Below are positions 1 to 10,403 of a stretch of 64,000 bases of DNA, in pieces; the stretch's first letter is position 1, and each line of letters opens with the position of its first letter. The DNA lies in contig JAJDCA010000044.1 in the NCBI GenBank assembly GCA_029261055.1, positions 13,867-77,866 on the forward strand, read 5' to 3'. The notes under the pieces were generated by a model. The model ran no database searches, had not been told where the DNA came from, and was given only the letters and a program-made list of their open reading frames with translations. The stretch comes from Candidatus Omnitrophota bacterium. GTDB lineage: Bacteria > Omnitrophota > Gorgyraeia > Zapsychrales > Zapsychraceae. The translations under genes and the position numbers were made by a program.

Positions 1-7
1 GTCATTC

Positions 8-310
8 GTGTATTCGCAATGGCAGAAAGTTTTTGAAGGATGGCAAGAGCAAGAGCGTGCCAGGAGGTTTCAAATTCGTAATGAAGAGGAGGCTATTACG
101 TTACGCATAACTCGTCTCAAATCTCTTCAGAATCAAGCACAAAAAATGAAAAAGTCATATTTATCGCGGCTTCCTATTAAACCTGATAATTCATGGATTG
201 AAAAAAAGCATGGGTTACCAGATGTAATGTATCCTAAGAAATTAAGAAATTTACAAAAAAAGAATGAAAAAGTGATTATGGGTCTTTTTATGAAGGGTGA
301 CTTGTTATGA
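8..310 (+). CDS. Hypothetical protein, 3' part (frame is open to the left window edge)
   Basis: ORF track; stop overlaps the next ATG (ATGA); no recognisable motif. Confidence 0.5.
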   Translation: MYSQWQKVFEGWQEQERARRFQIRNEEEAITLRITRLKSLQNQAQKMKKSYLSRLPIKPDNSWIEKKHGLPDVMYPKKLRNLQKKNEKVIMGLFMKGDLL

Positions 311-2277
311 AATGTATGTCAAATTTTTCTCCTAAGCAAAAAAAATGGATGTATGGTCTTTTGATTTTTTTACTTCTTTTTTCTCTAGTCCCCATATTAT
401 CGCCGTTTCCTCATGTTTTTGAATACAGCTCCGATGAAGGAACGAATCTTATGAAAGCTGTTCTTTTAGGGCAAGGGGTGCCTCTTTATGAAGATATTAT
501 TAGTGATCAGCCGCCACTGTTTACGGTCATGCTTTCTTTTTGGATAAAAGTATTCAGTCATTCTGTATTTCATGCACGTGTTCTTATTTTAATATTTTCC
601 ATGTTGCTAATTGTAGTTCTTTATCGCCTTGTGAAATATGACTGGGGAAAGCTGGGCGCTTTGAGTGCCTGTGTATTTCTTGTCTTATCAGCCTATTATC
701 TCAGACTTAGTGTATCGATTTTGATTGGATTGCCGGCATTGGCATTAGCGATGCTTTCTCTTTATTTCGTTTTCCTTTACCGTCGCCATTTATCATTATG
801 GATGGTGATACTTTCAGGGATATTATTTGCGATTTCAACACAAACAAAATTTTTTACGATGTTTTTATTACCACTCATTTTGATTAAGCTTTCTAAAAAA
901 CGATTACCTTTAATTACATGGTTTGGGAGTTTTTCAGTTGTGTACGGGTTTATTATGCTTGTGTTCTTTAAGGGGAATTTGAGCGCGATTTCAGAACAGC
1001 TTTTTCAGCCGCACCTGCAAGAATTTAATTTGTCGTGTAATAATTTTGCTGTTATGTGGCAGATGCTTATGACAGATTTTGATATCGCTTTGCTTGCCGT
1101 GGTGGGAATTATTTGTATCATTGCACATAAAAAATGGTCAGCACTGTTTCCTGTAGGTTGGATTATCATTAGTACAATTATTTTATGGAATCATCGTCCG
1201 GTATGGCGTCATCATTATTTATTGATTTCTATCCCGCTTTGCTGGTTGGCCGGAATTGGATTTGCAGGTTTTATGCAGAATAGAAAAAAGGTGTTGCCGG
1301 TGTTTCGATGGTTAATGATTGTCGTGATAGCCATAGTGGTTTTGAGAATGCCTGCAAAATATTTACGCATGAAAAGGAGTGTTGATGTCCCATTAAATTC
1401 TGGAAAGGAAGAAATGCTTAAAGTTATCCAAACATATCAGCCACATGTGAATTGGATGACTACGGACAATTCTATCTTTGCCTTTTACGCGGACATAGGC
1501 ATACCGCCGGAATTGGCTCTTGTCACACGAAAACGAAATTTTCTTAGCGAAACTCAGCAAGAATATTTTATTCAGCAATTAAAGAAATACAAGCCCGAAT
1601 TGATTGTGTGGTCAGATGCACAGCGGAATTGGTCTTTAGGTCCCAAAGGGCTGGCATTCATAGAAGAGAATTACACAAAAATCACCCAACAAACAATTCA
1701 TGAAAAGTGGGTGGATAAAAATTTTGTATTAGTAGATAGCCCGTTGTCCATTTCGAACATAAAAACATATGGTCGAAAAATGTGGTTTCACTTACGCCGA
1801 AAGGAGAATAATAAAAAGTTAGGATATCACGACTTTTTTATCAAAAATATCGATCACTTGAGTGATTTGTATGCACAAGGATTGAAAACAGGAGATGTTC
1901 CTAAAGCGGGTGTTGTGTCCCTGCCGATTAATGTGAATTTATTCGGAGGTGTATCCTTACTTCCGGCTGATAAAGCCAAAACCGTGTGGGCGCGTAGTTT
2001 TACGAATGCCACAGACCGTAAATTATGTGTAGAGATATTTATTAATGTTTTTAATGATTGGATCCAATTAAAAAATGATAAAAGAAGACTTGTCATAAGA
2101 TCCAAAACTGATGCTTTTCATGCTGTCATAAATCAATTGGAATCATTAAAACAACATGTGGTTAATGAGCGTCAAAAGTACACATGGGATTATTTTTTTG
2201 GGACAACAGATAGTGTTCTTGATCTGACAGATAATTATGAAATAATTCTTTATGTCCGTAAGGGGCATAGGCTCTGA
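307..2277 (+). CDS. ArnT/PMT-like (GT-C fold) membrane glycosyltransferase
   Basis: N-terminal 'SDEG' and 'DQPPLF' motifs, many TM helices, soluble C-terminal domain. Confidence 0.7.
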   Translation: MKCMSNFSPKQKKWMYGLLIFLLLFSLVPILSPFPHVFEYSSDEGTNLMKAVLLGQGVPLYEDIISDQPPLFTVMLSFWIKVFSHSVFHARVLILIFSMLLIVVLYRLVKYDWGKLGALSACVFLVLSAYYLRLSVSILIGLPALALAMLSLYFVFLYRRHLSLWMVILSGILFAISTQTKFFTMFLLPLILIKLSKKRLPLITWFGSFSVVYGFIMLVFFKGNLSAISEQLFQPHLQEFNLSCNNFAVMWQMLMTDFDIALLAVVGIICIIAHKKWSALFPVGWIIISTIILWNHRPVWRHHYLLISIPLCWLAGIGFAGFMQNRKKVLPVFRWLMIVVIAIVVLRMPAKYLRMKRSVDVPLNSGKEEMLKVIQTYQPHVNWMTTDNSIFAFYADIGIPPELALVTRKRNFLSETQQEYFIQQLKKYKPELIVWSDAQRNWSLGPKGLAFIEENYTKITQQTIHEKWVDKNFVLVDSPLSISNIKTYGRKMWFHLRRKENNKKLGYHDFFIKNIDHLSDLYAQGLKTGDVPKAGVVSLPINVNLFGGVSLLPADKAKTVWARSFTNATDRKLCVEIFINVFNDWIQLKNDKRRLVIRSKTDAFHAVINQLESLKQHVVNERQKYTWDYFFGTTDSVLDLTDNYEIILYVRKGHRL

Positions 2278-2318
2278 CATTTACTTTGCCAATACGAGAA
2301 CTTTATTAAAACTCAATA

Positions 2319-2347
2319 TGGACAGCATTCTCTTCCTATGATAGAAT
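2319..2347 (+). promoter_or_regulatory. Putative sigma70 promoter of apgM-lysC-cimA
   Basis: TGGACA-17 bp-TAGAAT with extended TG, 7 nt upstream of ATG 2355. Confidence 0.55.
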
Positions 2348-2354
2348 TCGCCTT

Positions 2355-3572
2355 ATGTCATCAGAAATGAAATACATTACCATTGTTCCCGACGGTATGG
2401 CGGATGAGCCTTTAGATGAGTTGGGTGGGAAGACTCCGTTGGAAGCAGCGCGTACGCCGAATATGGATTATTTGGCCCAGCATGGATGTACGGGTACAGT
2501 ACAAACGATTCCGCATAAAATGGATCCAGGCTCAGACATCGGGAATATGGCCCTCTTGGGATATGATCCGAAGGCGTGTCATACAGGTCGAGCGCCATTG
2601 GAAGCGGCCAATCTTGGAGTTAATTTAAACGATGATGAAGTAGCTGTTCGTTGTAATTTTATTACAGTGCAAGATGGTGCCATGTCGGATTACAGTGCCG
2701 GGCACATTGCAACGAAAGAGGCAACGCTTTTGATTGATGCCTTAAATGGCTCAATTAATCTAGATGGTGTTAAATTCTTTACCGGTAAAAGTTATCGGCA
2801 TTTGCTTGTTTTAAAAGTGCGGAATCCTCAAGAATATCTTCGAATTAAAACTGTGCCGCCACATGATATTTTGGGTAAATCCATTGAACAGTATCTTCCG
2901 AAAGGTCCAGAAGCTGAGATGCTGTTAAAACTGATGGAAAAGTCCAAAGAAATATTAAAGAGTCACGAAGTCAACAGAGTTAGAATTGATTTGCAAGAAA
3001 ATCCAGCCAATATGATTTGGTTATGGGGGCAAGGGGTTAAACCTAATTTGCCGTCGTTTAATGATAAATTTGGCGTAAAAGGTGGCATTATTTCAGCTGT
3101 GGATTTGGTGAATGGGATTGGGCGATTGGCTGGTTTAGAGGTTATTGATGTTCCAGATATTACAGGATATTATGATACTAATTATTACGGGAAAGCTCAG
3201 TACGCCCTGAAATCTTTACAGACTAAGGATTTTGTGTATGTCCATATCGAGGCGCCGGATGAAGCAGGACATAATGGTGATGTCAAAGCCAAGATTGAAG
3301 CTATTGAAAGAATTGATAAAGACATTATAGGGACTGTGATTAATCATTTTAACGCACATGATGATGTGCGTATTCTTGTATCCCCGGATCATCCAACACC
3401 GATTGCTTTGCGCACACATACATCAGATCCGGTCGGATTTATCGCTTTTGGTAAAGGCATCACACAAGATGATTCATTAGAATACAATGAAAGGTCAGCA
3501 GAAGAAAAAAATCTAAAATTTAAAAGTGGAGAAGCTCTTATTGATTGGTTTATGAGGAAAAATTTAAAATGA
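2355..3572 (+). CDS. apgM: Cofactor-independent phosphoglycerate mutase, ApgM family (possible homoserine kinase-like role)
   Basis: DGMAD, GKTPLE, PGSD, HIEAPDEAGH and SPDHPTP metalloenzyme motifs. Confidence 0.85.
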   Translation: MSSEMKYITIVPDGMADEPLDELGGKTPLEAARTPNMDYLAQHGCTGTVQTIPHKMDPGSDIGNMALLGYDPKACHTGRAPLEAANLGVNLNDDEVAVRCNFITVQDGAMSDYSAGHIATKEATLLIDALNGSINLDGVKFFTGKSYRHLLVLKVRNPQEYLRIKTVPPHDILGKSIEQYLPKGPEAEMLLKLMEKSKEILKSHEVNRVRIDLQENPANMIWLWGQGVKPNLPSFNDKFGVKGGIISAVDLVNGIGRLAGLEVIDVPDITGYYDTNYYGKAQYALKSLQTKDFVYVHIEAPDEAGHNGDVKAKIEAIERIDKDIIGTVINHFNAHDDVRILVSPDHPTPIALRTHTSDPVGFIAFGKGITQDDSLEYNERSAEEKNLKFKSGEALIDWFMRKNLK

Positions 3573-4789
3573 AAAAGAAAATTATTGTACAAAAATTTGG
3601 AGGTTCTTCGGTTGCCAATGTTGACCGCATAAAAGCTGTAGCCAAGAGGATTGTAGAAAGAAAAACAGCACGTAATCATATCGTGGTGGTTGTCTCTGCC
3701 TTAGGGGATACGACGGATGAGTTGGAAAAACTCGCCTTTCAAATTACCAAAACACCGCCTGAACGGGAAATGGATATGTTGATGTCGACAGGTGAACAAA
3801 TTTCGTGTTCACTTTTGGCCATGGCAATTAAAAAATTAGGAAAAGCCGCCATTTCATTTACCGGTAAACAAGTCGGTATTAAAACCGATAAATCCCATAC
3901 CAAGGCACGCATTGAGACCATTAACGGAAAATGTATTCGTAAGGCTTTTGATGAAAATAAAATCGTTATTGTCGCCGGATATCAAGGCGTGACCGATGAT
4001 AATGATATTACAACCCTTGGTCGAGGGGGGTCAGATTTGACGGCTGTCGCTTTGGCACAAGCCCTTAATGCAGATGTGTGTGAAATTTACACGGACGTCA
4101 AAGGGATTTACACCACAGATCCGCGTATTGTTAAAGAAGCAAAGAAAATTAAAACGATTACGTTTGATGAAATGTTAGAAATGGCCTCGTTAGGTGCACA
4201 AATAATGCAGGCTCGATCAATTGAAGTGGCCAAACGATTTAATATTCCTATTCATGTACGCTCAAGTTTTTCTAAGGAGGAAGGAACCATGATTGTGAAG
4301 CAAAGTCAAAAATTAGAAGAAATTTCTATTCAGGGCGTCACCAGCAGTAAGTCCGATGCCAAAATTACCATATGTGCGGTGCCAAATCAAACAGGTATTG
4401 CCGCGAAAATTTTTAGCGAAATCTCCAAAGCAGATGTCAATGTTGATATTATTGTCCAAAACGTAAGCCATACAAAACATACGGATATTTCATTTACAGT
4501 TCCAAAATCTGATTTTACTAAAGCCATGAAGGCCGCTAATATTATTGCAAAAAGAATTAAGGCGGGTAATGTTACGCAAGATAAAGATATTGCGCGGGTA
4601 TCCATTGTTGGCTCAGGGATGCGTTCACACCATGGCATTGCCGCTAAAATGTTTGAGGCCTTGGCTAAAAATAAAGTCAATATTGACATGATTTCAACAT
4701 CAGAAATCAGTATTTCGTGTATCATTAATTCAAAACAGGCCGACAAAGCAGTGAAAGCCTTGCATACAGCATTTCAATTAGGGAAATAA
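3569..4789 (+). CDS. lysC: Aspartate kinase
   Basis: VQKFGGSS, TTLGRGGSD, DPRIV, two ACT domains; start at 3569 coupled to the apgM stop. Confidence 0.95.
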   Translation: MKKKIIVQKFGGSSVANVDRIKAVAKRIVERKTARNHIVVVVSALGDTTDELEKLAFQITKTPPEREMDMLMSTGEQISCSLLAMAIKKLGKAAISFTGKQVGIKTDKSHTKARIETINGKCIRKAFDENKIVIVAGYQGVTDDNDITTLGRGGSDLTAVALAQALNADVCEIYTDVKGIYTTDPRIVKEAKKIKTITFDEMLEMASLGAQIMQARSIEVAKRFNIPIHVRSSFSKEEGTMIVKQSQKLEEISIQGVTSSKSDAKITICAVPNQTGIAAKIFSEISKADVNVDIIVQNVSHTKHTDISFTVPKSDFTKAMKAANIIAKRIKAGNVTQDKDIARVSIVGSGMRSHHGIAAKMFEALAKNKVNIDMISTSEISISCIINSKQADKAVKALHTAFQLGK

Positions 4790-4793
4790 CCAT

Positions 4794-4814
4794 ACACGAA
4801 CCAGTGGTTCGTGT
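4794..4814. repeat. Perfect palindrome between lysC and cimA
   Basis: acacgaacca-g-tggttcgtgt. Confidence 0.7.
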
Positions 4815-4839
4815 GAGGTTTAAAAAAGGATTTAACATT

Positions 4840-6411
4840 ATGTCACGCATAACAATCTACGACACAACATTACGTGATGGCTCGCAGAGTGAAGGGGTTT
4901 CGTTTACAGTTAATGATAAAGTTAATATCACAGATAAATTAGATCAACTCGGCGTCCATTACATTGAAGGGGGATGGCCGGGATCCAACCCTAAAGATAA
5001 AGAATATTTTAAATTATTTCAAAATCGCCCATTAAAAAATGCTAAGGTTTCGGCTTTTGGTTCAACACGGCGGGCGAAAATTAAATGTTCGGAAGATCTT
5101 AATTTGCGTGAATTGATTAAATCTCAGACCCCTACGATTACCATTTTTGGAAAAACCTGGGATTTGCACGTAAAAGATGTGTTAAAAACGTCCTTGGATG
5201 AAAATTTGAAAATGATCCATGATTCCGTCAAATATCTCAAACAAAAAAAACGTGAGGTGTTTTATGATGCCGAACATTTTTTTGATGGATACAAAAATAA
5301 TCCTGAATATGCCTTAAAAACTCTTTTGGCAGCCCAAGAAGGTGGAGCCGATTGTATTATTTTTTGTGATACCAATGGGGGAACATTACCGGAAGAAGTT
5401 GAAAAAATTATTTTGGAATTGAAGAAAAATTTTTCAATTGATTTAGGTATTCATACGCATAATGACTTAGGTTTAGCTGTGGCCAATAGTATTGTGGCCA
5501 TTAATGCGGGATGTGTGCATGTGCAAGGAACCTTTAATGGTCTAGGTGAGCGTTGTGGTAATGCAGATTTAGCGGCGATCATCGGTATTTTGCATACCAA
5601 GATGGAAACAAAATCAATCCCGGAAAAAAATGTAAAGAAGTTAAAAGAGACGGCGCATTATTTAAGTGAAATGAGCAATGTACGATTGCCGGATAATGTT
5701 GCCTTTGTTGGGCATTCTGCTTTTGCGCATAAGGGTGGGGTGCATATTGATGCAATGTTAAAAAATCCTTTGGCCTATGAGCATATCAAACCTGAAATTG
5801 TCGGCAATCATAGCCGTTTTATTACATCGGAATTAGCCGGAAAAATGCCTATTGTACTTAAAGCGCAAAAGATGGATGTAGCGCTTGATAAAAAATCGCC
5901 GGAAGCTAAGAAAATCATGAAAGTGTTGCAAAAAAAGGAACATGAGGGCTACCAATTTGAGGCGGCCGATGCTTCGTTTGAATTATTTATGAAGCGTTCC
6001 CTAAAAAAGTACAAGCCGTTTTTTAAGCTTGAGAGTTTTCGGACAGCTTCAGAAAAGCGTTTTGATGGACGGGTGTTTGCGGAAGCTTCAATTCGGGTTA
6101 ACGTTAATGGGGAAAGCAAATTTAGCGCTGCTGATGGGCATGGTCCTGTGGATGCTTTGGATCAAGCTTTACGCAATGCTTTAAAAAGGTTTTATCCAAA
6201 ACTTGAAGAAATGCATTTAAGCGATTACAAAGTTCGCGTGTTAGACACCAAAGGCGGAACCGCCGCCAAAGTACGTGTTTTTATCGAATCCCAAGATACC
6301 TCCGATACATGGACAACCGTAGGGGTTCACGAAAACATCATCGAAGCCAGTTGGGAGGCCTTGATTGATAGTATTGAGTACAAATTGTTGAAGGATAAAA
6401 CAAGGTTATGA
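4840..6411 (+). CDS. cimA: Citramalate synthase
   Basis: YDTTLRDG, IEGGWPGSNPKD, YDAEHFFDG, HTHND, GERCGN, AHKGG, LeuA-type allosteric C-terminus; likely start 4840. Confidence 0.9.
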   Translation: MSRITIYDTTLRDGSQSEGVSFTVNDKVNITDKLDQLGVHYIEGGWPGSNPKDKEYFKLFQNRPLKNAKVSAFGSTRRAKIKCSEDLNLRELIKSQTPTITIFGKTWDLHVKDVLKTSLDENLKMIHDSVKYLKQKKREVFYDAEHFFDGYKNNPEYALKTLLAAQEGGADCIIFCDTNGGTLPEEVEKIILELKKNFSIDLGIHTHNDLGLAVANSIVAINAGCVHVQGTFNGLGERCGNADLAAIIGILHTKMETKSIPEKNVKKLKETAHYLSEMSNVRLPDNVAFVGHSAFAHKGGVHIDAMLKNPLAYEHIKPEIVGNHSRFITSELAGKMPIVLKAQKMDVALDKKSPEAKKIMKVLQKKEHEGYQFEAADASFELFMKRSLKKYKPFFKLESFRTASEKRFDGRVFAEASIRVNVNGESKFSAADGHGPVDALDQALRNALKRFYPKLEEMHLSDYKVRVLDTKGGTAAKVRVFIESQDTSDTWTTVGVHENIIEASWEALIDSIEYKLLKDKTRL

Positions 6412-7013
6412 AAATAAATGTTAAAACATATTATTTTAACATAGCACTTATCATCTGTGGATTAGCTGTTTTCTTTAATGGATGTATTTCAGTAAGGCAT
6501 GCAAAATTTCCGGAAAGCCATAAATTAGTAGGGGAGACATTACAAGGTAATAGTACTTGTATTAATTTAAGTGGTAGATACCAAAATAAAAATTATTTTT
6601 TTAAGGGGATGCATTATCATGCAGATGAAGCTTATCAAGCTATTTATTCGCTGAGTTATTTTATTTTTCCAGGAAGTCACGCATCTAATGAGGGAGAAAT
6701 TGAGATATCAATGGTGAATAATAATGAGTTTAAAATAGCATTATCGTTGAATAATGAAATTATTGAGTCTGTCAATTACTCTTACGAAGATGGAGATTTT
6801 AAATGTTCAGATAATAAAATTATATTTGATGAATCTAGGCCTCCTCACCCCAGAGATTTGGGTATTGCCTATTCAAAAAGAAAATTAGAGTTTAGCAAAA
6901 CAGTTAATTCAGATTTGGCGTTGAGGCATGCATTCAAAATTACAGGGCTGCTTGGGTTAATTCCAGCCCATTTTAATCAATCAGAGGTTTTAGTGTTTAA
7001 GAAACTTGAATAA
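6408..7013 (+). CDS. Hypothetical lipoprotein
   Basis: Signal peptide with FNGC lipobox; very AT-rich. Confidence 0.55.
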   Translation: MKINVKTYYFNIALIICGLAVFFNGCISVRHAKFPESHKLVGETLQGNSTCINLSGRYQNKNYFFKGMHYHADEAYQAIYSLSYFIFPGSHASNEGEIEISMVNNNEFKIALSLNNEIIESVNYSYEDGDFKCSDNKIIFDESRPPHPRDLGIAYSKRKLEFSKTVNSDLALRHAFKITGLLGLIPAHFNQSEVLVFKKLE

Positions 7014-7073
7014 GAAATAAATGGAAAATAATTTCTTAATTGTAATGAGTGCAAATTAGTAGAAAATAAAATT

Positions 7074-7376
7074 GTGAAGACAGATGCGCATAATAGCCTT
7101 GATAAGTTAAAAAATTTTCTTTTGGATGAATGTAAAGACATTCAAGTCAAAATAATTTTGTTTGGGTCGCGGGCAAGAGGTGATTATCATACGACTTCTG
7201 ATATCGATATTGGATTTATGCCTCGTCAAGGGTTTGATTCAAAAAAAATTATGTTAATCAAGGAAAAAGTAGAGGATTTAAATATTCCCTACGAAATTGA
7301 TTTTCTTAATTTTAATGAAGTCGATAAATCCCTTCAAAAAGAACTTCTTAAGGATGCAATCATATGGAAAGATTAA
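7074..7376 (+). CDS. Minimal nucleotidyltransferase (MNT antitoxin-like)
   Basis: LFGSRARGD...SDID motif, ~100 aa. Confidence 0.85.
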   Translation: MKTDAHNSLDKLKNFLLDECKDIQVKIILFGSRARGDYHTTSDIDIGFMPRQGFDSKKIMLIKEKVEDLNIPYEIDFLNFNEVDKSLQKELLKDAIIWKD

Positions 7377-7396
7377 AATTAAAATTTAATATTTGA
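7364..7396 (+). pseudogene. Possible 5' remnant of an HI0074-type HEPN partner
   Basis: Overlapping 10-codon ORF MERLKLKFNI* where the HEPN partner usually starts. Confidence 0.35.
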
Positions 7397-7405
7397 AAGA
7401 AAAGT

Positions 7406-10075
7406 ATGACAGAATTACCAAAGTGTTTTAATTTTAAAGAAGTTGATGCAAAATGGTCCACGTATTGGGAAGAAAAGAATTGTTTTCACGCCGAAGCTAA
7501 TCCTGAAAAACCTGCGTACACGGTTGTAATCCCTCCACCGAATGTAACTGGAATTTTGCACATGGGGCATGCGCTTAATAATACTTTGCAAGATATTATT
7601 ATTCGCTACAAACGTATGCAAGGATGTGAAGCCTTATGGATGCCAGGGACAGATCATGCCGGTATTGCGACGCAGAATGTTGTGGAGAAGCAGTTAGCCA
7701 AAGAAGGGAAGAAGCGTCAAGACATTGGACGTGAAGCTTTTCTGAAGCGTTTGTGGGATTGGAAAAAAAAGTATGGCGGTACAATTTTTCATCAGCTCAA
7801 GAAATTAGGCGCTTCCTGTGATTGGCCGCGAACACGGTTTACCATGGACGATGGATACAGTGAAGCGGTTAAACATGTTTTTGTTAAGCTCTATAAAAAA
7901 GGGCTGGTTTATCGTGGAGAATACATCATTAATTGGTGCCCACGTTGCCAAACAGCGCTTTCTGATGAAGAGGCAGAACATCAGGATATGCAGGGGCATT
8001 TGTACCATATTCGGTACCCCTTTAAAGAAAATCCAGGACAATACCTTATTGTGGCCACAACTCGACCGGAAACGATGTTGGGTGACACCGCAGTTGCCGT
8101 TAATCCTAAAGATGAACGATACAGTCCATTCATCGGTCAGAAGATTGTCTTACCGTTAATTAATCGTGAAATACCTATTATTGCTGATGATTTTGTCGAT
8201 CCAGAATTCGGAACTGGAGCTGTTAAAGTAACACCGGCGCATGATCCGAATGACTTTGGTATGGGGCAACGGCACAAATTGCCCATGATTAATGTCATGC
8301 ATCCGGATGCGCGGATGAATGAAGAAGCTGGGGATTTCCAGGATATGGATCGTTTTGAAGCGAGAGAAGCGATTACTGAATCCTTACGTGAATTAAAACT
8401 TCTCGAGAAAGTTGAACCGCACAATCACGCGGTGGGCCATTGTTACCGTTGTCATACGGTTGTAGAACCTTATTTATCTAAACAATGGTTTGTTAAAATG
8501 GAACCTTTGGCCAAGCCGGCGGTTGAAGCCGTGAAAACTGGAAAGATCAAATTTCATCCTGAACGATGGACCAAGGTGTATTTAAACTGGATGGAAAATA
8601 TTCGTGATTGGTGTATTTCTCGACAGATTTGGTGGGGACATCAGATTCCGGTATGGTATTGTGTGGGCGATGACAAATGTAAATTAGAATGTCGTGAACC
8701 TATTGTAGCTGAAACAGCCCCGGAAAAATGTCCACATTGCGGTTCAACAAATCTTAGACAGGATGAAGATGTGTTGGATACCTGGTTTTCCTCTTGGTTG
8801 TGGCCGTTTGCCACGCTTGGATGGCCTATTAAGAGAAGCAAGAATCAAGAGGCAAGAAGCAAAGAAGAAGCAGATTTGAAATATTTTTATCCAACAGCGT
8901 CTTTATTCACAGCTCCAGAGATTATCTTCTTTTGGGTGGCGCGTATGGTTATGGCTGGGTATGAGTTCATGGGAGAAGCCCCTTTTTCCGATGTCTATCT
9001 GCACGGAACCGTACGTGATGCGCAAGGGCGTAAGATGTCGAAATCATTAGGCAATGCCCTGGATCCTTTAGAAATTATTGAAGAATACGGGGCCGACGCC
9101 TTACGTTTTAGTTTGATTATGAATTCCGGACAAGACCTATTTATTTCGAAAGATAAGTTTGAAATCGGTCGTAATTTTGCCAATAAAATTTGGAATGCCA
9201 CGCGGTTGATTTTGATGAATACAGATTTAGCGAACCTAAAAGAATTAGACGATGTAAGTCAGCTTGATTTACCATCACGTTGGATCGTATCACGGTTTTA
9301 CACGACTTTAGATAATGTGAGTTCTGCCATTGAAAAATACCGTTATTCTGAGGCGGAAAGCCTGATTTATGATTTCTTTTGGAAGCAGTTCTGCGATTGG
9401 TATTTGGAAATTATTAAAGACCGTTGGGCTGAACCAAGTACACAACAAGTCACTTTAATGATCCTCAATGAATCACTCAAAATGATGCATCCCTTTATGC
9501 CGTTTGTCACCGAAGAAATTTGGCAAAATATTCATCCGGAGAGTGATGCTTTGTGTCAGCAACCTTGGCCGACAATCAAAAAAGACCACAGCGACACCAC
9601 GGTTGAGAATACAATGCAAACTCTTCTTGAAGTGATCAGTGCTATCCGCAATTTACGTGCACAATGGAATATCGCCCCCAAAGAAACAATTTCCTGTCAT
9701 TTTACATCCACTAATCCAGAAGATTTAAAACTCTTAGAAGCAAACAGCCCGATTTTAAAGTCTTTAGCTAAATTAGAGGAAGTCGTGATTGACCCACAAT
9801 TACCCACGATCCCAAATGCGGCTTCTGTGATTGTAGGCAACATTAAAGGCATCATTGCTTTAGGGGATATTATTGATATTGACGAAGAGAAGAAGCGGAT
9901 TGCCCAACAAATCAATGAACAGCAAAAAGCTTTTAACAGTTTATCCAAACGTCTACAAAATGCAAACTTTCTACAAAAAGCCCCAGCGGATGTTGTCGAA
10001 AAAGAAAAAGAACGCTTAGCCACATTTGAAATAAAGTTACAAAAATTAGAACAGGTTCTAGCAGAGCTTAATTGA
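7406..10075 (+). CDS. valS: Valine--tRNA ligase
   Basis: PPPNVTG-LHMGHA (HIGH), DWCISRQIWWGH, KMSKS, C-terminal coiled coil. Confidence 0.97.
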   Translation: MTELPKCFNFKEVDAKWSTYWEEKNCFHAEANPEKPAYTVVIPPPNVTGILHMGHALNNTLQDIIIRYKRMQGCEALWMPGTDHAGIATQNVVEKQLAKEGKKRQDIGREAFLKRLWDWKKKYGGTIFHQLKKLGASCDWPRTRFTMDDGYSEAVKHVFVKLYKKGLVYRGEYIINWCPRCQTALSDEEAEHQDMQGHLYHIRYPFKENPGQYLIVATTRPETMLGDTAVAVNPKDERYSPFIGQKIVLPLINREIPIIADDFVDPEFGTGAVKVTPAHDPNDFGMGQRHKLPMINVMHPDARMNEEAGDFQDMDRFEAREAITESLRELKLLEKVEPHNHAVGHCYRCHTVVEPYLSKQWFVKMEPLAKPAVEAVKTGKIKFHPERWTKVYLNWMENIRDWCISRQIWWGHQIPVWYCVGDDKCKLECREPIVAETAPEKCPHCGSTNLRQDEDVLDTWFSSWLWPFATLGWPIKRSKNQEARSKEEADLKYFYPTASLFTAPEIIFFWVARMVMAGYEFMGEAPFSDVYLHGTVRDAQGRKMSKSLGNALDPLEIIEEYGADALRFSLIMNSGQDLFISKDKFEIGRNFANKIWNATRLILMNTDLANLKELDDVSQLDLPSRWIVSRFYTTLDNVSSAIEKYRYSEAESLIYDFFWKQFCDWYLEIIKDRWAEPSTQQVTLMILNESLKMMHPFMPFVTEEIWQNIHPESDALCQQPWPTIKKDHSDTTVENTMQTLLEVISAIRNLRAQWNIAPKETISCHFTSTNPEDLKLLEANSPILKSLAKLEEVVIDPQLPTIPNAASVIVGNIKGIIALGDIIDIDEEKKRIAQQINEQQKAFNSLSKRLQNANFLQKAPADVVEKEKERLATFEIKLQKLEQVLAELN
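8834..8873 (+). repeat. In-frame AGARKCA heptamer repeat inside valS
   Basis: agaagca agaatca agaggca agaagca..., encodes RSKNQEARSKEEA. Confidence 0.65.
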
Positions 10076-10088
10076 GGAAGGGTAAATT

Positions 10089-10391
10089 ATGCCTAAATTG
10101 TACGAGTATTTTGGATTGATAATATTATTTTATTCAAATGAACATGAACCAATACATGTGCACTGTAAACATCAAGATAAAGAAAGCAAAGCGGAAATAA
10201 TTTTTGAAAATGGCAAGTTTACGAAAATCACTGTGCAAAAGGTAAAAGGTAAAGATCCTTTAAATGTAGCTGACTTAAGAAAATTTAGGAAATTAGTTGA
10301 AATTTATAGAGATGATATTGTACGAAAATGGGTCGATTTCTTTGTTTATAATAAAGAAATATCTTGTGAAAAAATTACGCAAAAATTGTAA
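10089..10391 (+). CDS. DUF4160-family protein (putative toxin-antitoxin component)
   Basis: MP...FY-NEHEPIHVH motif. Confidence 0.75.
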   Translation: MPKLYEYFGLIILFYSNEHEPIHVHCKHQDKESKAEIIFENGKFTKITVQKVKGKDPLNVADLRKFRKLVEIYRDDIVRKWVDFFVYNKEISCEKITQKL

Positions 10392-10403
10392 AGAGAGTGA
10401 AAA

